DNA from: a virus
Lineage: Duplodnaviria; Caudoviricetes
Virus record (IMG/VR): IMGVR_UViG_3300017963_000189
Strand: one strand, 5' to 3'
Length of the DNA stretch: 64,000 nt
A program made the position numbers and the translations under genes. Positions 1 to 8,829 of this stretch are shown piece by piece (positions within the stretch are counted from its first letter, which is position 1; each line of letters opens with the position of its first letter). The notes under the pieces are model-generated. The model saw nothing but the letters and a program-made list of their open reading frames with translations. It was not told the origin of the DNA and made no database searches.

Positions 1-47
1 TTAGGACATTTAGCTGGGATAACGATTGATAAACTTTGTACTTCCAC
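1..47 (-). CDS. 5' end of a gene running off the window (MEVQSLSIVIPAKCPN...), possibly radical SAM
   Basis: GTG at 47 with GAAAGG RBS, downstream of promoter 78-116; only 15 codons visible, resembling the lead-in to a CxxxCxxC motif. Confidence 0.35.
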   Translation of the reverse strand, partial: MEVQSLSIVIPAKCP

Positions 48-77
48 TCTATAACCTTTCTCTTTTTAAACTACCTA

Positions 78-116
78 AATATACGAAATAAATGTGGATT
101 TGTCAACTGTTTTCTG
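78..116 (-). promoter_or_regulatory. sigma70-type phage promoter P1
   Basis: Minus strand CAGAAAACAG-TTGACA-17bp-TATATT; the TGA in TTGACA is the nadD stop. Confidence 0.85.
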
Positions 117-747
117 ATCTTTTTTCATATAATTTATGTTCTCTAATGTAGTTTAAAACCTTACGGGGCAAGTATCTTCCTGCAACGGTAACTCCACTTT
201 TCAACCAATTACGTACCAATGTTGCTGATAAACTATTCCGTTTTACATCAATTACGATAATCTTATTAATGTTTTTTGATAGAATAGGATTAGAACTAAT
301 AATTTTTGCAATATCATCTGTACCTCTACCAATAACTACAAGGCTCGCCATTTCAAAAATCTTTTCTGGTTGTTTCCAATTATGAAATTCTTTTAGATTA
401 TCACTCCCCATAACGAAGAACAACTCACTTTCTCTAAACATATTTTTATATCGGCGTAACAGCTCATATGTATACATTTTTCCAAATGAAAGAGCATCTA
501 CTCCACCAACACTATAAATACATCCATCAATCGGAGCACTATCATCGAAAATTTCCTGAATCATATTGATTCTATGTTCGACATCTTCTAAACCATTTTT
601 GTCATATTCATTATTTGTTGGCTCAAACATTAACCAACTTAGACTTAATTTTTTCGCCACTAATTCAGCAATCTGAACGTGCGCAGTTGTTATCGGATTG
701 AATGATCCGCCATAAATACCAACTTTACCCGTCAATCTCTGTGTCAT
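103..747 (-). CDS. nadD: nicotinate/nicotinamide-nucleotide adenylyltransferase
   Basis: GIYGGSFNPITTAH (HIGH-like), FVMGSDNL, SLSATLVR, and the C-terminal VLNYIREHKLY typical of NadD. Confidence 0.9.
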   Translation of the reverse strand: MTQRLTGKVGIYGGSFNPITTAHVQIAELVAKKLSLSWLMFEPTNNEYDKNGLEDVEHRINMIQEIFDDSAPIDGCIYSVGGVDALSFGKMYTYELLRRYKNMFRESELFFVMGSDNLKEFHNWKQPEKIFEMASLVVIGRGTDDIAKIISSNPILSKNINKIIVIDVKRNSLSATLVRNWLKSGVTVAGRYLPRKVLNYIREHKLYEKRSENS

Positions 748-1102
748 CTGGTAACTCCACTTCTATTAAATCCAATATAAAATACCATGATTCATTCCTA
801 TCTTCTTCTGATACTTGAGCCAACAACTTACCTGCTTCTTCTGGCGAAATCCTAAACGTTACTCGATTTCCATGATTATATAAAAAAGGAATAAGTTCAG
901 ATACATCAGCATCCATCGCTATAAACTCAAGTAACAATGAATACAAATCTAAATCCCATACACATTGACCCAACTCTTTGGCTTGTTCTTGAACAAATTC
1001 AACAAACTTGTCCTCGTCTATACATGAATCATATACCCATGAATCAAGTTCATTAACATCTTCAATCGACAAACCTAACAATTTTTCCATCCATTTATCC
1101 AT
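725..1102 (-). CDS. hypothetical acidic protein
   Basis: 125 aa ORF, GGGAG RBS, overlaps nadD start. Confidence 0.7.
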   Translation of the reverse strand: MDKWMEKLLGLSIEDVNELDSWVYDSCIDEDKFVEFVQEQAKELGQCVWDLDLYSLLLEFIAMDADVSELIPFLYNHGNRVTFRISPEEAGKLLAQVSEEDRNESWYFILDLIEVELPDDTEIDG

Positions 1103-1169
1103 AATATATCTCCCACGTTATATTATATTAAACGAACTAAAAACATAAAAGTTCATTCATATATAAATA

Positions 1170-1412
1170 TTATGGTAATTCACATCCCACTTCTGTAATC
1201 TCAGTTTGTAACCCTAAATACTCAAGTTTGTCTTTCATTTCAATAGCTTTTTCTTTGTCAATGTTCTCTACTATCGGACAAGAACCATTTACGTGAGTGA
1301 TTAAAGTAAATGATTGAGCTTCGTCAAGTTCCAAACCGCATACTTCCATCAGTGCCATCTGCACATCCGAGTGATGATTTACATCGTCATTGATTAGGTG
1401 TAAACTATACAT
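1170..1412 (-). CDS. clpS: ClpS-like Clp protease adaptor
   Basis: LHLINDDVN...EVCG...EAQ...TH.NGSC..V...L...GLQTEI resembles short Bacteroidota-type ClpS. Confidence 0.75.
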   Translation of the reverse strand: MYSLHLINDDVNHHSDVQMALMEVCGLELDEAQSFTLITHVNGSCPIVENIDKEKAIEMKDKLEYLGLQTEITEVGCELP

Positions 1413-1569
1413 CTTTCTTACCTTTCTTTTCGTTCTCTATTATATCCATTATTCGCCGTGTGGCTACATCGGTTATTCGTTTCTTAGCCATTTTTGAGTG
1501 ACCGTCCATTACCTGTTGAACGGTCACTATGACTTCATGAATTTTGTTTTCTAAATCTTTGTTAGACAT
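1405..1569 (-). CDS. small hypothetical protein (54 aa, not in track)
   Basis: Hand translation MSNKDLENKIHEVIV...KKDV*; fills the gap and overlaps both neighbours. Confidence 0.55.
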   Translation of the reverse strand: MSNKDLENKIHEVIVTVQQVMDGHSKMAKKRITDVATRRIMDIIENEKKGKKDV

Positions 1570-1876
1570 TTCTATCCAAAATTTGAAATTCTAAAGGTTT
1601 CCAACCTTTTGCTTTACGAATCTTATTGAAGTTTTTTACGTAGGCACGAGTTTCATCAAGCTCCATCGGAATGATTCTTACTTTGAGACCTGTCTTTTCA
1701 TCCAAGTTCATACGTTCAGCAAAAACTGTTGAATCAACGCCAGTAATCAAAGAATCTCCACGATTCTTTTTCAAGTATGTTCCATTCGGCATACATACAA
1801 TCATATCATAATCATCATTAATTACTTTGACACGAAATTCAAAGTGTCCTCTAATATCCATTTTTCTAAACTTCAT
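1562..1876 (-). CDS. hypothetical protein
   Basis: 104 aa, ATGA overlap with upstream gene. Confidence 0.7.
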   Translation of the reverse strand: MKFRKMDIRGHFEFRVKVINDDYDMIVCMPNGTYLKKNRGDSLITGVDSTVFAERMNLDEKTGLKVRIIPMELDETRAYVKNFNKIRKAKGWKPLEFQILDRNV

Positions 1877-2133
1877 ACACGTTCCTTTCTTTGTTTTTCT
1901 TTATATGAAATGATCCAATTAGGCTGTGTTGCTAACCATTCATCTTCGTCGGGAATATCCCATTCAATGTTACCACAATCGTAACATCTTACACCATAAG
2001 CGCCACTGGCCTGTTCGCACAAGGCGTTCCAGGCTCGATTCCAAGACCCACGATCAAGAAATAATGATCCACATTTTTCACAAGTAGGTATTTTAAAGAA
2101 GTGACAAAACGATTTAAAAAATGCTTTAATCAT
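1873..2133 (-). CDS. zinc-ribbon protein
   Basis: CEKC and CYDC pairs. Confidence 0.7.
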   Translation of the reverse strand: MIKAFFKSFCHFFKIPTCEKCGSLFLDRGSWNRAWNALCEQASGAYGVRCYDCGNIEWDIPDEDEWLATQPNWIISYKEKQRKERV

Positions 2134-2383
2134 TTAAAAATAATCTTTCTAACTGTTTTTCTGTTATATCATAAAATCCATCTGGCCAAGTGTGACAACG
2201 ACCATCCGAATCTATCTCAATTTTGTGTTCATTAAACATTACATAATATCCACTTAACTTTTGTTCCATAATCTGAACGCGAACATCATTAAAAGAATAT
2301 TCACTTTCAATAGTTCCAATGAAGTTATCTTTAGGATCATATAAAAAACACATGATTTGTGGTATGTTATTTATTTTAATCAT
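2126..2383 (-). CDS. hypothetical protein
   Basis: 85 aa, GAGGA RBS. Confidence 0.7.
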   Translation of the reverse strand: MIKINNIPQIMCFLYDPKDNFIGTIESEYSFNDVRVQIMEQKLSGYYVMFNEHKIEIDSDGRCHTWPDGFYDITEKQLERLFLND

Positions 2384-2393
2384 AATATCCTCA

Positions 2394-2591
2394 TTACATA
2401 TTTGCTATCATTTCTTCAACTAAAATCAAATCTTCAGCAACAATATTCAACTCTCGTTGTTTTTCTGCTAACAAATCATTCAACACTTCAACTTTATTTT
2501 GATAAATTATTTCTTTGAGTTCGGCAATTTCAGCTTCCAAACGTTCTTTTTTAGCATACATCTTTTTTACATAACTAAAATCTTGTTCCAT
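2394..2591 (-). CDS. coiled-coil hypothetical protein
   Basis: Start moved to MEQDF, which has an AAGGA RBS. Confidence 0.65.
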   Translation of the reverse strand: MEQDFSYVKKMYAKKERLEAEIAELKEIIYQNKVEVLNDLLAEKQRELNIVAEDLILVEEMIANM

Positions 2592-2602
2592 TTTATATAT
2601 CC

Positions 2603-2884
2603 TTATTTTACGGGATTCCAAATAGTTAATCTATGTTTTAATTTACCTATTCTTTCTATATCAGTAAAACCCTCAGGAATTTCTCGACCAGTTCTTTTCC
2701 AATTTTTACGAGCTTCACCTTTAGACCGAAACAATCCAAACATAACTAATATATCAAACATATCTTCATCAGGTCCAACACCAACAAAACCTTCATCTTC
2801 ACCAAACAAATGTTTGAATAAATCTACATTTGATTCTAAATTATCATTTTGTACGATAACATTAAACTCTTGACCCATACTCAT
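2603..2884 (-). CDS. protein with S4-like segment resembling the TyrRS C-terminus
   Basis: DILVMFGLFRSKGEARK; first gene after P2; GAAAGG RBS. Confidence 0.55.
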   Translation of the reverse strand: MSMGQEFNVIVQNDNLESNVDLFKHLFGEDEGFVGVGPDEDMFDILVMFGLFRSKGEARKNWKRTGREIPEGFTDIERIGKLKHRLTIWNPVK

Positions 2885-2913
2885 TTTATTTTTTCCTTTC
2901 TCAAACATACCTA

Positions 2914-2950
2914 AATATACGAAAAAACGGCGTCTTTGTCAACTGTTTTT
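2914..2950 (-). promoter_or_regulatory. sigma70-type phage promoter P2
   Basis: AAAACAG-TTGACA-17bp-TATATT. Confidence 0.85.
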
Positions 2951-2959
2951 TTCAATATT

Positions 2960-2986
2960 TGTAACTTTTTTTCATTTTTTCTCGTA
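2960..2986 (+). promoter_or_regulatory. putative ECF-sigma promoter of the plus-strand cassette
   Basis: TGTAAC-N17-CGTA, ending 26 bp before ATG 3013. Confidence 0.5.
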
Positions 2987-3012
2987 TACTATATAAACGA
3001 AAGGAATAAACC

Positions 3013-3150
3013 ATGTTTACAAACATTATTTTAGGAATTATTATTTTGATTTTCGCCATACCATTTGTCTACATTATTATTGCAGACCTATTTGACGTGG
3101 CGAAACGATTAAAACCATACATCATATTAGCGTTCAACAAACTCACATAA
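3013..3150 (+). CDS. small membrane protein (45 aa, not in track)
   Basis: MFTNIILGIIILIFAIPFVYIIIADLF...; AAGGA RBS; stop abuts the next GGAGG RBS. Confidence 0.7.
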   Translation: MFTNIILGIIILIFAIPFVYIIIADLFDVAKRLKPYIILAFNKLT

Positions 3151-3161
3151 GGAGGCTTATC

Positions 3162-3557
3162 ATGAAACTTTTACTAACTTTTTTACTTGTCATTTTATTC
3201 GTGTCGCCAACATTAGCAAACAGCGAACGACTTATTAAAAATGCGTTACCAAATTATGAACTTGCATTAAGTTCAAATAATAACGGGCTAATCATTTCTG
3301 CCGTTGAAAATGTAGTTGAATTAAAAATTCGTGCTCCATATTTAGATTTGTCAAAGATCATAACTAAACTTGATAAATTGTCTGAAAGTGAAACACCTGA
3401 AATTAAATACAAATCTTTTGTTGTTAGTTCATTTCTTAAAAATCCACACTTTTTTACTTGGCTAAAAGATAAAAACGATCAAGAAAAACTTGAGTTAATG
3501 AAAAAAATGTTGTCTCATTTAGAACAATTCGCTAACAAAAAACATAAGGAGAATTAA
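3162..3557 (+). CDS. secreted helical protein, host-like
   Basis: Sec signal MKLLLTFLLVILFVSPTLA; GGAGG RBS. Confidence 0.85.
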   Translation: MKLLLTFLLVILFVSPTLANSERLIKNALPNYELALSSNNNGLIISAVENVVELKIRAPYLDLSKIITKLDKLSESETPEIKYKSFVVSSFLKNPHFFTWLKDKNDQEKLELMKKMLSHLEQFANKKHKEN

Positions 3558-3559
3558 TT

Positions 3560-3961
3560 ATGAAACAATTTTTTATTATTCTACTTTCATTGTTGTTTGT
3601 TGTTCCTGTAATGTCTCAAGATACTTTATCTGTCAGGACTTTTGATGATCTTGGCCCAGCCCTTGAGAAAAAACTTGAGCCTCTCAAACAACTTGAATCA
3701 TTACCACACGACGATTGTAATTGCGAAGAATGTATGGTAATCAAAAACAAGGTTGCTGACGAAGTTGACGCCATCGTTTTAGATGTCGATATTCAACTTG
3801 AACCCTGGCAATCTCGTACATTCCATGAAAAAATAAAATATGGTATGAACAAGATTGAAACACTTAATAAACTGGGCGAAAAAATTCGTAACAAGGAGCG
3901 TCTTCGGCATAGACACCACGATCACGAATGCGAAAAATGCCCGAAAACATTGGAAAATTAA
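3560..3961 (+). CDS. secreted protein with Cys/His motifs
   Basis: Sec signal; CNCEEC and HRHHDHECEKC; AAGGAG RBS. Confidence 0.85.
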   Translation: MKQFFIILLSLLFVVPVMSQDTLSVRTFDDLGPALEKKLEPLKQLESLPHDDCNCEECMVIKNKVADEVDAIVLDVDIQLEPWQSRTFHEKIKYGMNKIETLNKLGEKIRNKERLRHRHHDHECEKCPKTLEN

Positions 3962-3977
3962 TCATAGGAGTAATAAC

Positions 3978-4298
3978 ATGGAACTTGGATTTTTAGTACC
4001 TGTAGCATTTTTGTTCTTAATCGGTTGGATTGTTAAAACAATCTCTGACAACAAAGTAAGAAAACGTGCTTTAGAAAATGGTAATCTCAATGAAAGTATC
4101 AAACATCTATGGCAAAAATCTTACGCGAATCGTCCACTACAAAACATTAAATGGGCTATTATATTTGCCGGAATTGGATTCGTAATACTTCTTGCTCACC
4201 TGTTCGCCCTTGCTGAAGCTGTCGCTATTGGATTCGTATGTATTGTTGTCGCTGTTGCTTTACTTGTATATTATAAAATGGAAAAAAATAAATGTTAA
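3978..4298 (+). CDS. DUF6249-like three-TM membrane protein
   Basis: IVKTISDNKVRKRALENG...NIKWAIIFAGIG; start moved to MELG with AGGAG RBS. Confidence 0.7.
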   Translation: MELGFLVPVAFLFLIGWIVKTISDNKVRKRALENGNLNESIKHLWQKSYANRPLQNIKWAIIFAGIGFVILLAHLFALAEAVAIGFVCIVVAVALLVYYKMEKNKC

Positions 4299-4314
4299 AA
4301 CAATCCTACCTAAT

Positions 4315-4353
4315 AAAAAGGGCGTCATTCTAACCCCCAGACGCCCTTTTTTT
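4315..4353. terminator. bidirectional intrinsic terminator
   Basis: AAAAAGGGCGTC-13nt-GACGCCCTTTTTTT between convergent transcription units. Confidence 0.85.
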
Positions 4354-4567
4354 AATTCAAATCCTCTTTTGATTCTACTATTACCGTTACATCGGGACGC
4401 CCTAACGCTTTAGCAAGAGTTTCTAACATAAATGTCGTCTCAACCTTTTCTTCAGTTGTCACTGGACTATTCACTCTAATTTTGAATGTTCCATCCGACG
4501 GCAATGAACTTATTTCTTTAATCAACCTATTTGCTAAATCATCTACCTCTTTCTCATAATCTGTCAT
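4352..4567 (-). CDS. hypothetical protein
   Basis: 71 aa; last gene of the leftward unit. Confidence 0.7.
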   Translation of the reverse strand: MTDYEKEVDDLANRLIKEISSLPSDGTFKIRVNSPVTTEEKVETTFMLETLAKALGRPDVTVIVESKEDLN

Positions 4568-4568
4568 A

Positions 4569-4826
4569 TTATATTCCTTTCCCTAAATCGTCTAAAAACT
4601 TTAACATTCCTTTTTCAATAAAATCATATACGTGTTGGGCGACATACTCAAGTTTATCTACATGAAATGAATCATGAGAAGGATTTTCACTAACTCCACT
4701 TGAGCAGTTACATGCGCTCATAGAGATTAATCCAAACCATTGACCTCTTTCATCTTCGCCAACTTCCGAGATAATCCAAAAAGAGTTACCAAACTTTACT
4801 ACATTTCCTTTATTATAACGTCTCAT
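4569..4826 (-). CDS. hypothetical protein
   Basis: 85 aa; ATGA-coupled to the upstream small ORF. Confidence 0.7.
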   Translation of the reverse strand: MRRYNKGNVVKFGNSFWIISEVGEDERGQWFGLISMSACNCSSGVSENPSHDSFHVDKLEYVAQHVYDFIEKGMLKFLDDLGKGI

Positions 4827-4984
4827 TTGTCTTTTACTATAACAGTTTTTTCATTTATCAAACCAACAATAAGTTGTGTTTGTAACTCAACAAATTCTTC
4901 TAATTCATCTACACTCATTTTATCCAATATCTCTTGTCGCTCTTTCGCGGGTTTCCCCATAAATTCTAATATATCAATTTCCAT
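4823..4984 (-). CDS. small hypothetical protein (53 aa, not in track)
   Basis: Hand translation MEIDILEFMGKPAKERQEIL...; GGAGG RBS. Confidence 0.6.
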   Translation of the reverse strand: MEIDILEFMGKPAKERQEILDKMSVDELEEFVELQTQLIVGLINEKTVIVKDK

Positions 4985-5606
4985 ATGCGTCTACGCCTCC
5001 AAATGATTTATACAAACTATTTAATGTTACTATTTCTATTTTTTCCAATCCACCAGTTCGCTGATCAAATTTTCTCTCTATATCATAAACAACCTTTGAC
5101 GCCTTTTCTATCGATTCTTCACTTAAATTAAACCTATTACTTTCAATCGCACTTTTTATTCTTCTAAACTTACCACGAATGGATGCTCTTTTCTCAGTAT
5201 ATTCAACAATATTATTTGCATCTTCAAATGACTTTATAGGATCACTCCAAGTTTTTATAGGCGTCGATCCGTGATACAAATCCCAATCACCGGTTTCTTT
5301 ATTAAATGATAAAATCCAATTACCTTTACGACGAAATTCCGTGACCTCAATCATTTCCCAATCTTGATCTTTCGCCCATTCTTTTATAACGAAATCAAGT
5401 GCTTCTCCCTTTGACGAAAATTCAGCGACCCGGTTATCAACTTTCTTAGCGTTTACAATCCACCTTTCTTTACCATCACCTGGCATCAATACTCTACTTA
5501 CACCATAAACACCTAATGTAAATAATTTATTATCCATAGGCGAATTATCACTAATTTGACCAAAAAAATCTAAAGCGATTCTATATTCTAATGCAGTACC
5601 ACTCAT
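4974..5606 (-). CDS. hypothetical protein, LNxLYK paralog family
   Basis: C-terminal I.GKF..I...I..N...L...LNSLYK shared with 6783 and 8053. Confidence 0.75.
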   Translation of the reverse strand: MSGTALEYRIALDFFGQISDNSPMDNKLFTLGVYGVSRVLMPGDGKERWIVNAKKVDNRVAEFSSKGEALDFVIKEWAKDQDWEMIEVTEFRRKGNWILSFNKETGDWDLYHGSTPIKTWSDPIKSFEDANNIVEYTEKRASIRGKFRRIKSAIESNRFNLSEESIEKASKVVYDIERKFDQRTGGLEKIEIVTLNSLYKSFGGVDAYGN

Positions 5607-6040
5607 GGTATATCCTTTTTCACAAATGAATATGATTCATAAACATCTAATCCTACCACTCGTCCAAATGTCGCCGTTGAATCACTCGTCAGGCGAAAAG
5701 CAAACATAAAAGGTTTTCCATTTTCATCATGAAAGTTTGATGGTTTATTGTTAAACAATCGTTTCTCAACTTTACATACAATAATATTTTTATATACACC
5801 TTTTAATTTGAAATATCGTCCACTCATATATTGTGATGTCGCCACCTTTTTCGTGGGCTCGCCATCTAAATTTCTCAAATATGAGTTGTACTCAAATATC
5901 CATATATCTAATTCGGCTTGAAAATATACCTCGGTGTAAAAATGTTGATCCCAATGTTTTATTTGCCATAAGCCAGAATGCGGGTGTCCGGCGACACCCA
6001 CACTAACTAATATAATGAATATTAAAATAAGTTTTTTCAT
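5603..6040 (-). CDS. secreted beta-rich protein
   Basis: Sec-like N-terminus MKKLILIFIILVSVGVAG. Confidence 0.75.
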   Translation of the reverse strand: MKKLILIFIILVSVGVAGHPHSGLWQIKHWDQHFYTEVYFQAELDIWIFEYNSYLRNLDGEPTKKVATSQYMSGRYFKLKGVYKNIIVCKVEKRLFNNKPSNFHDENGKPFMFAFRLTSDSTATFGRVVGLDVYESYSFVKKDIP

Positions 6041-6591
6041 TTAGACGCTTCCGTATCGGGACGACTTGCTTCAGTTTTATTTGTTCCATTAGCAACCAAA
6101 TCCAAAAGTTCTTCTGTATGTAATAGATCGGCAGCTTTTTTGACTTTAGGAACAATTACTTTGTATATTTCTTTTACCAATCCCAAGAAAATATATTTCA
6201 TGAAAACAAATGTTATTCCAAATACAATCGCCGTCCAAATACTACCGGTAGACGCGATTAAAACTGCTAAACTTGTATATAACACACTCGACATACTTGT
6301 TTGAAATTTATACCATTTTGAGTTAAGTTTTTTATCCCACTTCAAAATAGATTCAATCTTTTTCTTGTCCTTTAAATCCTTACTACCGAAAATCGTATCA
6401 CCGTCTAACATTCCTATAACAATAAGTAATACAACAGTGATTACAAGTTCAAGAATAAACATAATCCACATATAAAAAATCGTTATCGACTCACATGCCG
6501 AATTTCCGTAGTAATAACCATAAATAACTACGGCAGGAATAACTAACCAACCTAAGATATTACCTAAAGTTGTTTTAATTGCTTGCTTCAT
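6037..6591 (-). CDS. multi-pass membrane protein
   Basis: About 4 hydrophobic helices. Confidence 0.75.
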   Translation of the reverse strand: MKQAIKTTLGNILGWLVIPAVVIYGYYYGNSACESITIFYMWIMFILELVITVVLLIVIGMLDGDTIFGSKDLKDKKKIESILKWDKKLNSKWYKFQTSMSSVLYTSLAVLIASTGSIWTAIVFGITFVFMKYIFLGLVKEIYKVIVPKVKKAADLLHTEELLDLVANGTNKTEASRPDTEASK

Positions 6592-6613
6592 AACATTCTC
6601 CTTATTTTATTGT

Positions 6614-6802
6614 TTATATTCCAATCCAATCTTCAAAATCTTCTTTTTCGACTTCTTTATCCCACGAAAAATTAAATCCCAACCAACAATATATCGCAGG
6701 ATTCTTTTTCAATGTCAATCGTCTCGGTATGATATAACGATACCATATAACATATACACCTTTTACAGGTGACCCGAGTAACCTATACAACTTGTTTAGC
6801 AT
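6614..6802 (-). CDS. hypothetical protein
   Basis: 62 aa, overlaps upstream stop. Confidence 0.6.
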   Translation of the reverse strand: MLNKLYRLLGSPVKGVYVIWYRYIIPRRLTLKKNPAIYCWLGFNFSWDKEVEKEDFEDWIGI

Positions 6803-7640
6803 TAGCTTCTGCCTCCATTTGTTTAAATTCTAAATCTATATCTTTACTTACTTGTATATTTTCTTTATATAATGTATTTAATCGTTTCGCCGTCTCTTTT
6901 GTGAATATTCTCTTGTCCATAAATTCTTTATAATAACTTTCTAATACATTAAAATCTTGTTCAACTATTTCAAGAGCATCATCAGCCATATGAAATTGTA
7001 ACAACTTGTCTCTATTCTCTCGGATTAATTGAGAAATTATATAAAACTTTTTTCTTATGTGTTCGTCTTTATCTTCCCATATACGAATACTATCTTTTTT
7101 ATATGAAGCATGATTTTCTTCTGTACGATAACGTTTTACACCATCACTATCTTTCAATACAAGACGTACTTTCATTACTTTATACTTAAACTCACCATTC
7201 TTTAAAACAAGAACTCTATCACCTACATGAATATCACTATTTGTATTGACGCCAACTAAATCGTTCGGCCCCACAGTTTGAAAATGTATGTTACCATTAC
7301 CTGATGGTTTTGTTGGTTGAATAACATATTCTAATTGTCTATCATGAACTTGAACTCTCGCAACACTCCACGTATCAGTATTATTGTAACCGAGTTCCGG
7401 ATGATTCTCTCCAAACCTAACAATGTCGCCCAACGCAAATGTTTTCGCTAAAGTAACTTCTTTAGTAGAGAATATTTTTTTCGTTCCCTCTACATGAATA
7501 AGTACACTACCCGTTTGCACTATTGGTTGACCAACGGTTTCTACAACAAAATAACTTCCTTTTGGAAATGTTGTATTTTTATACTTACAATCTTTTGTCG
7601 TAACTACAATGTCACGCGGGTTTATTTTGTTTGCGCTCAT
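6783..7640 (-). CDS. SH3/KOW-like repeat protein, LNxLYK family
   Basis: Repeated GD(I/R)V beta motifs; IRIWEDKDEHIRKKF...FTKETAKRLNTLYK. Confidence 0.75.
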   Translation of the reverse strand: MSANKINPRDIVVTTKDCKYKNTTFPKGSYFVVETVGQPIVQTGSVLIHVEGTKKIFSTKEVTLAKTFALGDIVRFGENHPELGYNNTDTWSVARVQVHDRQLEYVIQPTKPSGNGNIHFQTVGPNDLVGVNTNSDIHVGDRVLVLKNGEFKYKVMKVRLVLKDSDGVKRYRTEENHASYKKDSIRIWEDKDEHIRKKFYIISQLIRENRDKLLQFHMADDALEIVEQDFNVLESYYKEFMDKRIFTKETAKRLNTLYKENIQVSKDIDLEFKQMEAEANAKQVV

Positions 7641-7752
7641 TTCTCAACTTTTGATTTAATTCTAATTTTCTAATCTTTTCGTCTACTCTTTCCTTTTCCA
7701 CAAGAAGTTCGGCTAAATCGAGTGCGGAATCACTTCCATGTATTCGCATGAT

Positions 7753-7881
7753 TTACCTCGCTTCCAGAACTTCCACATTCATACCGTATATACTTGCAGC
7801 GGCGTGTGTGGCATCAAAAATATTATACTCAAAAACAGTTCCAACTTTCATTTCACCAACGAATACATTATAGGCTCTCAT
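7753..7881 (-). CDS. small hypothetical protein (42 aa, not in track)
   Basis: Hand translation MRAYNVFVGEMKVG...; GGAG RBS. Confidence 0.55.
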   Translation of the reverse strand: MRAYNVFVGEMKVGTVFEYNIFDATHAAASIYGMNVEVLEAR

Positions 7882-7978
7882 AGATAACTCCAGTCTTATA
7901 TGATTTATATGTTTTATAAAGTGCTTGAACTACTTGAATCACAATTAAAGTTATAAAAATAATCCAAAATAATGACAT
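7868..7978 (-). CDS. small hydrophobic peptide (36 aa), first gene after P3
   Basis: MSLFWIIFITLIVIQVVQALYK...; AAGGAAAG RBS. Confidence 0.5.
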   Translation of the reverse strand: MSLFWIIFITLIVIQVVQALYKTYKSYKTGVIYESL

Positions 7979-8005
7979 CTTTTCTTTCCTTTTTTAATGT
8001 ACCTA

Positions 8006-8044
8006 AATATACGAAAAAATATAACCTTTGTCAACTGTTTTCTG
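8006..8044 (-). promoter_or_regulatory. sigma70-type phage promoter P3
   Basis: CAGAAAACAG-TTGACA-17bp-TATATT. Confidence 0.85.
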
Positions 8045-8052
8045 ATATTTTT

Positions 8053-8829
8053 TTATGTACTCGGTGTGTGTATAACCGCGTGAGCATTAGGTATTTCAAA
8101 ATTCATCAAAGTTCTATATTCTTCTATACTATATTTTGGTTCATAACCGGTTGGAACATTACCATCATATACCCATTTAGGATCAGCGTAAAAGACTTGA
8201 CTTTTCTTTTCGATTTTCCAAATCTCATTCAACTTCCTAATATCTTCTTTAGAAAATTCTTCGTGATATAAAAACTTATCAAACTTATATTTGACGTGTC
8301 TCATATTCGCCACGTGTTGATCGATTAACGCTTTAACAAAATTTTCTTTCTTACGAAGCTCAAGAGTTGTCTTGTTTGTATTCATCAAGGCGAATAACTT
8401 CTTGAATTTCATACATATATCATCGTCTTTTTCTCTCCATATACGGACATCGTCACAATCTACATAAAATCCAATATCACCACCACCAATAGAATCAGCG
8501 ACCAGATATAACTTACCGGTTTCATCCCATTCTTTTACAATACCGATAACACCTTGAGATTCTCCACATTTGACTATAACCCGACCACCTTTACACGCTA
8601 TCAAAACTTCCTCACCATTTGGTTTCCTATCTATTAAACTCGAGGCATCCCAATAAAGTTCCATTTCACTTTCATAAAATCCAACATTGGTTTCTTTGAC
8701 GCCCCACAAATGATCGTCTGACAAATACTTCCCGTGATAAACTTTAAGAGTTAATATATCACCTTTCTTAAAGCGTTCCATTCCACGTTTGACATCAACC
8801 TTTAGTTTTACCTGATCACCGGATTTCAT
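8053..8829 (-). CDS. SH3/KOW-like repeat protein, LNxLYK family
   Basis: GDQVKL/GDILTL motifs; VRIWREKDDDICMKF...FSKEDIRKLNEIWK. Confidence 0.75.
   Translation of the reverse strand: MKSGDQVKLKVDVKRGMERFKKGDILTLKVYHGKYLSDDHLWGVKETNVGFYESEMELYWDASSLIDRKPNGEEVLIACKGGRVIVKCGESQGVIGIVKEWDETGKLYLVADSIGGGDIGFYVDCDDVRIWREKDDDICMKFKKLFALMNTNKTTLELRKKENFVKALIDQHVANMRHVKYKFDKFLYHEEFSKEDIRKLNEIWKIEKKSQVFYADPKWVYDGNVPTGYEPKYSIEEYRTLMNFEIPNAHAVIHTPST

Noticed and set aside
1497-1528. 9-bp inverted repeat AGTGACCGT...ACGGTCACT
   Set aside because: Single copy, inside a coding ORF, 14-nt loop and no U tract; compatible with chance.
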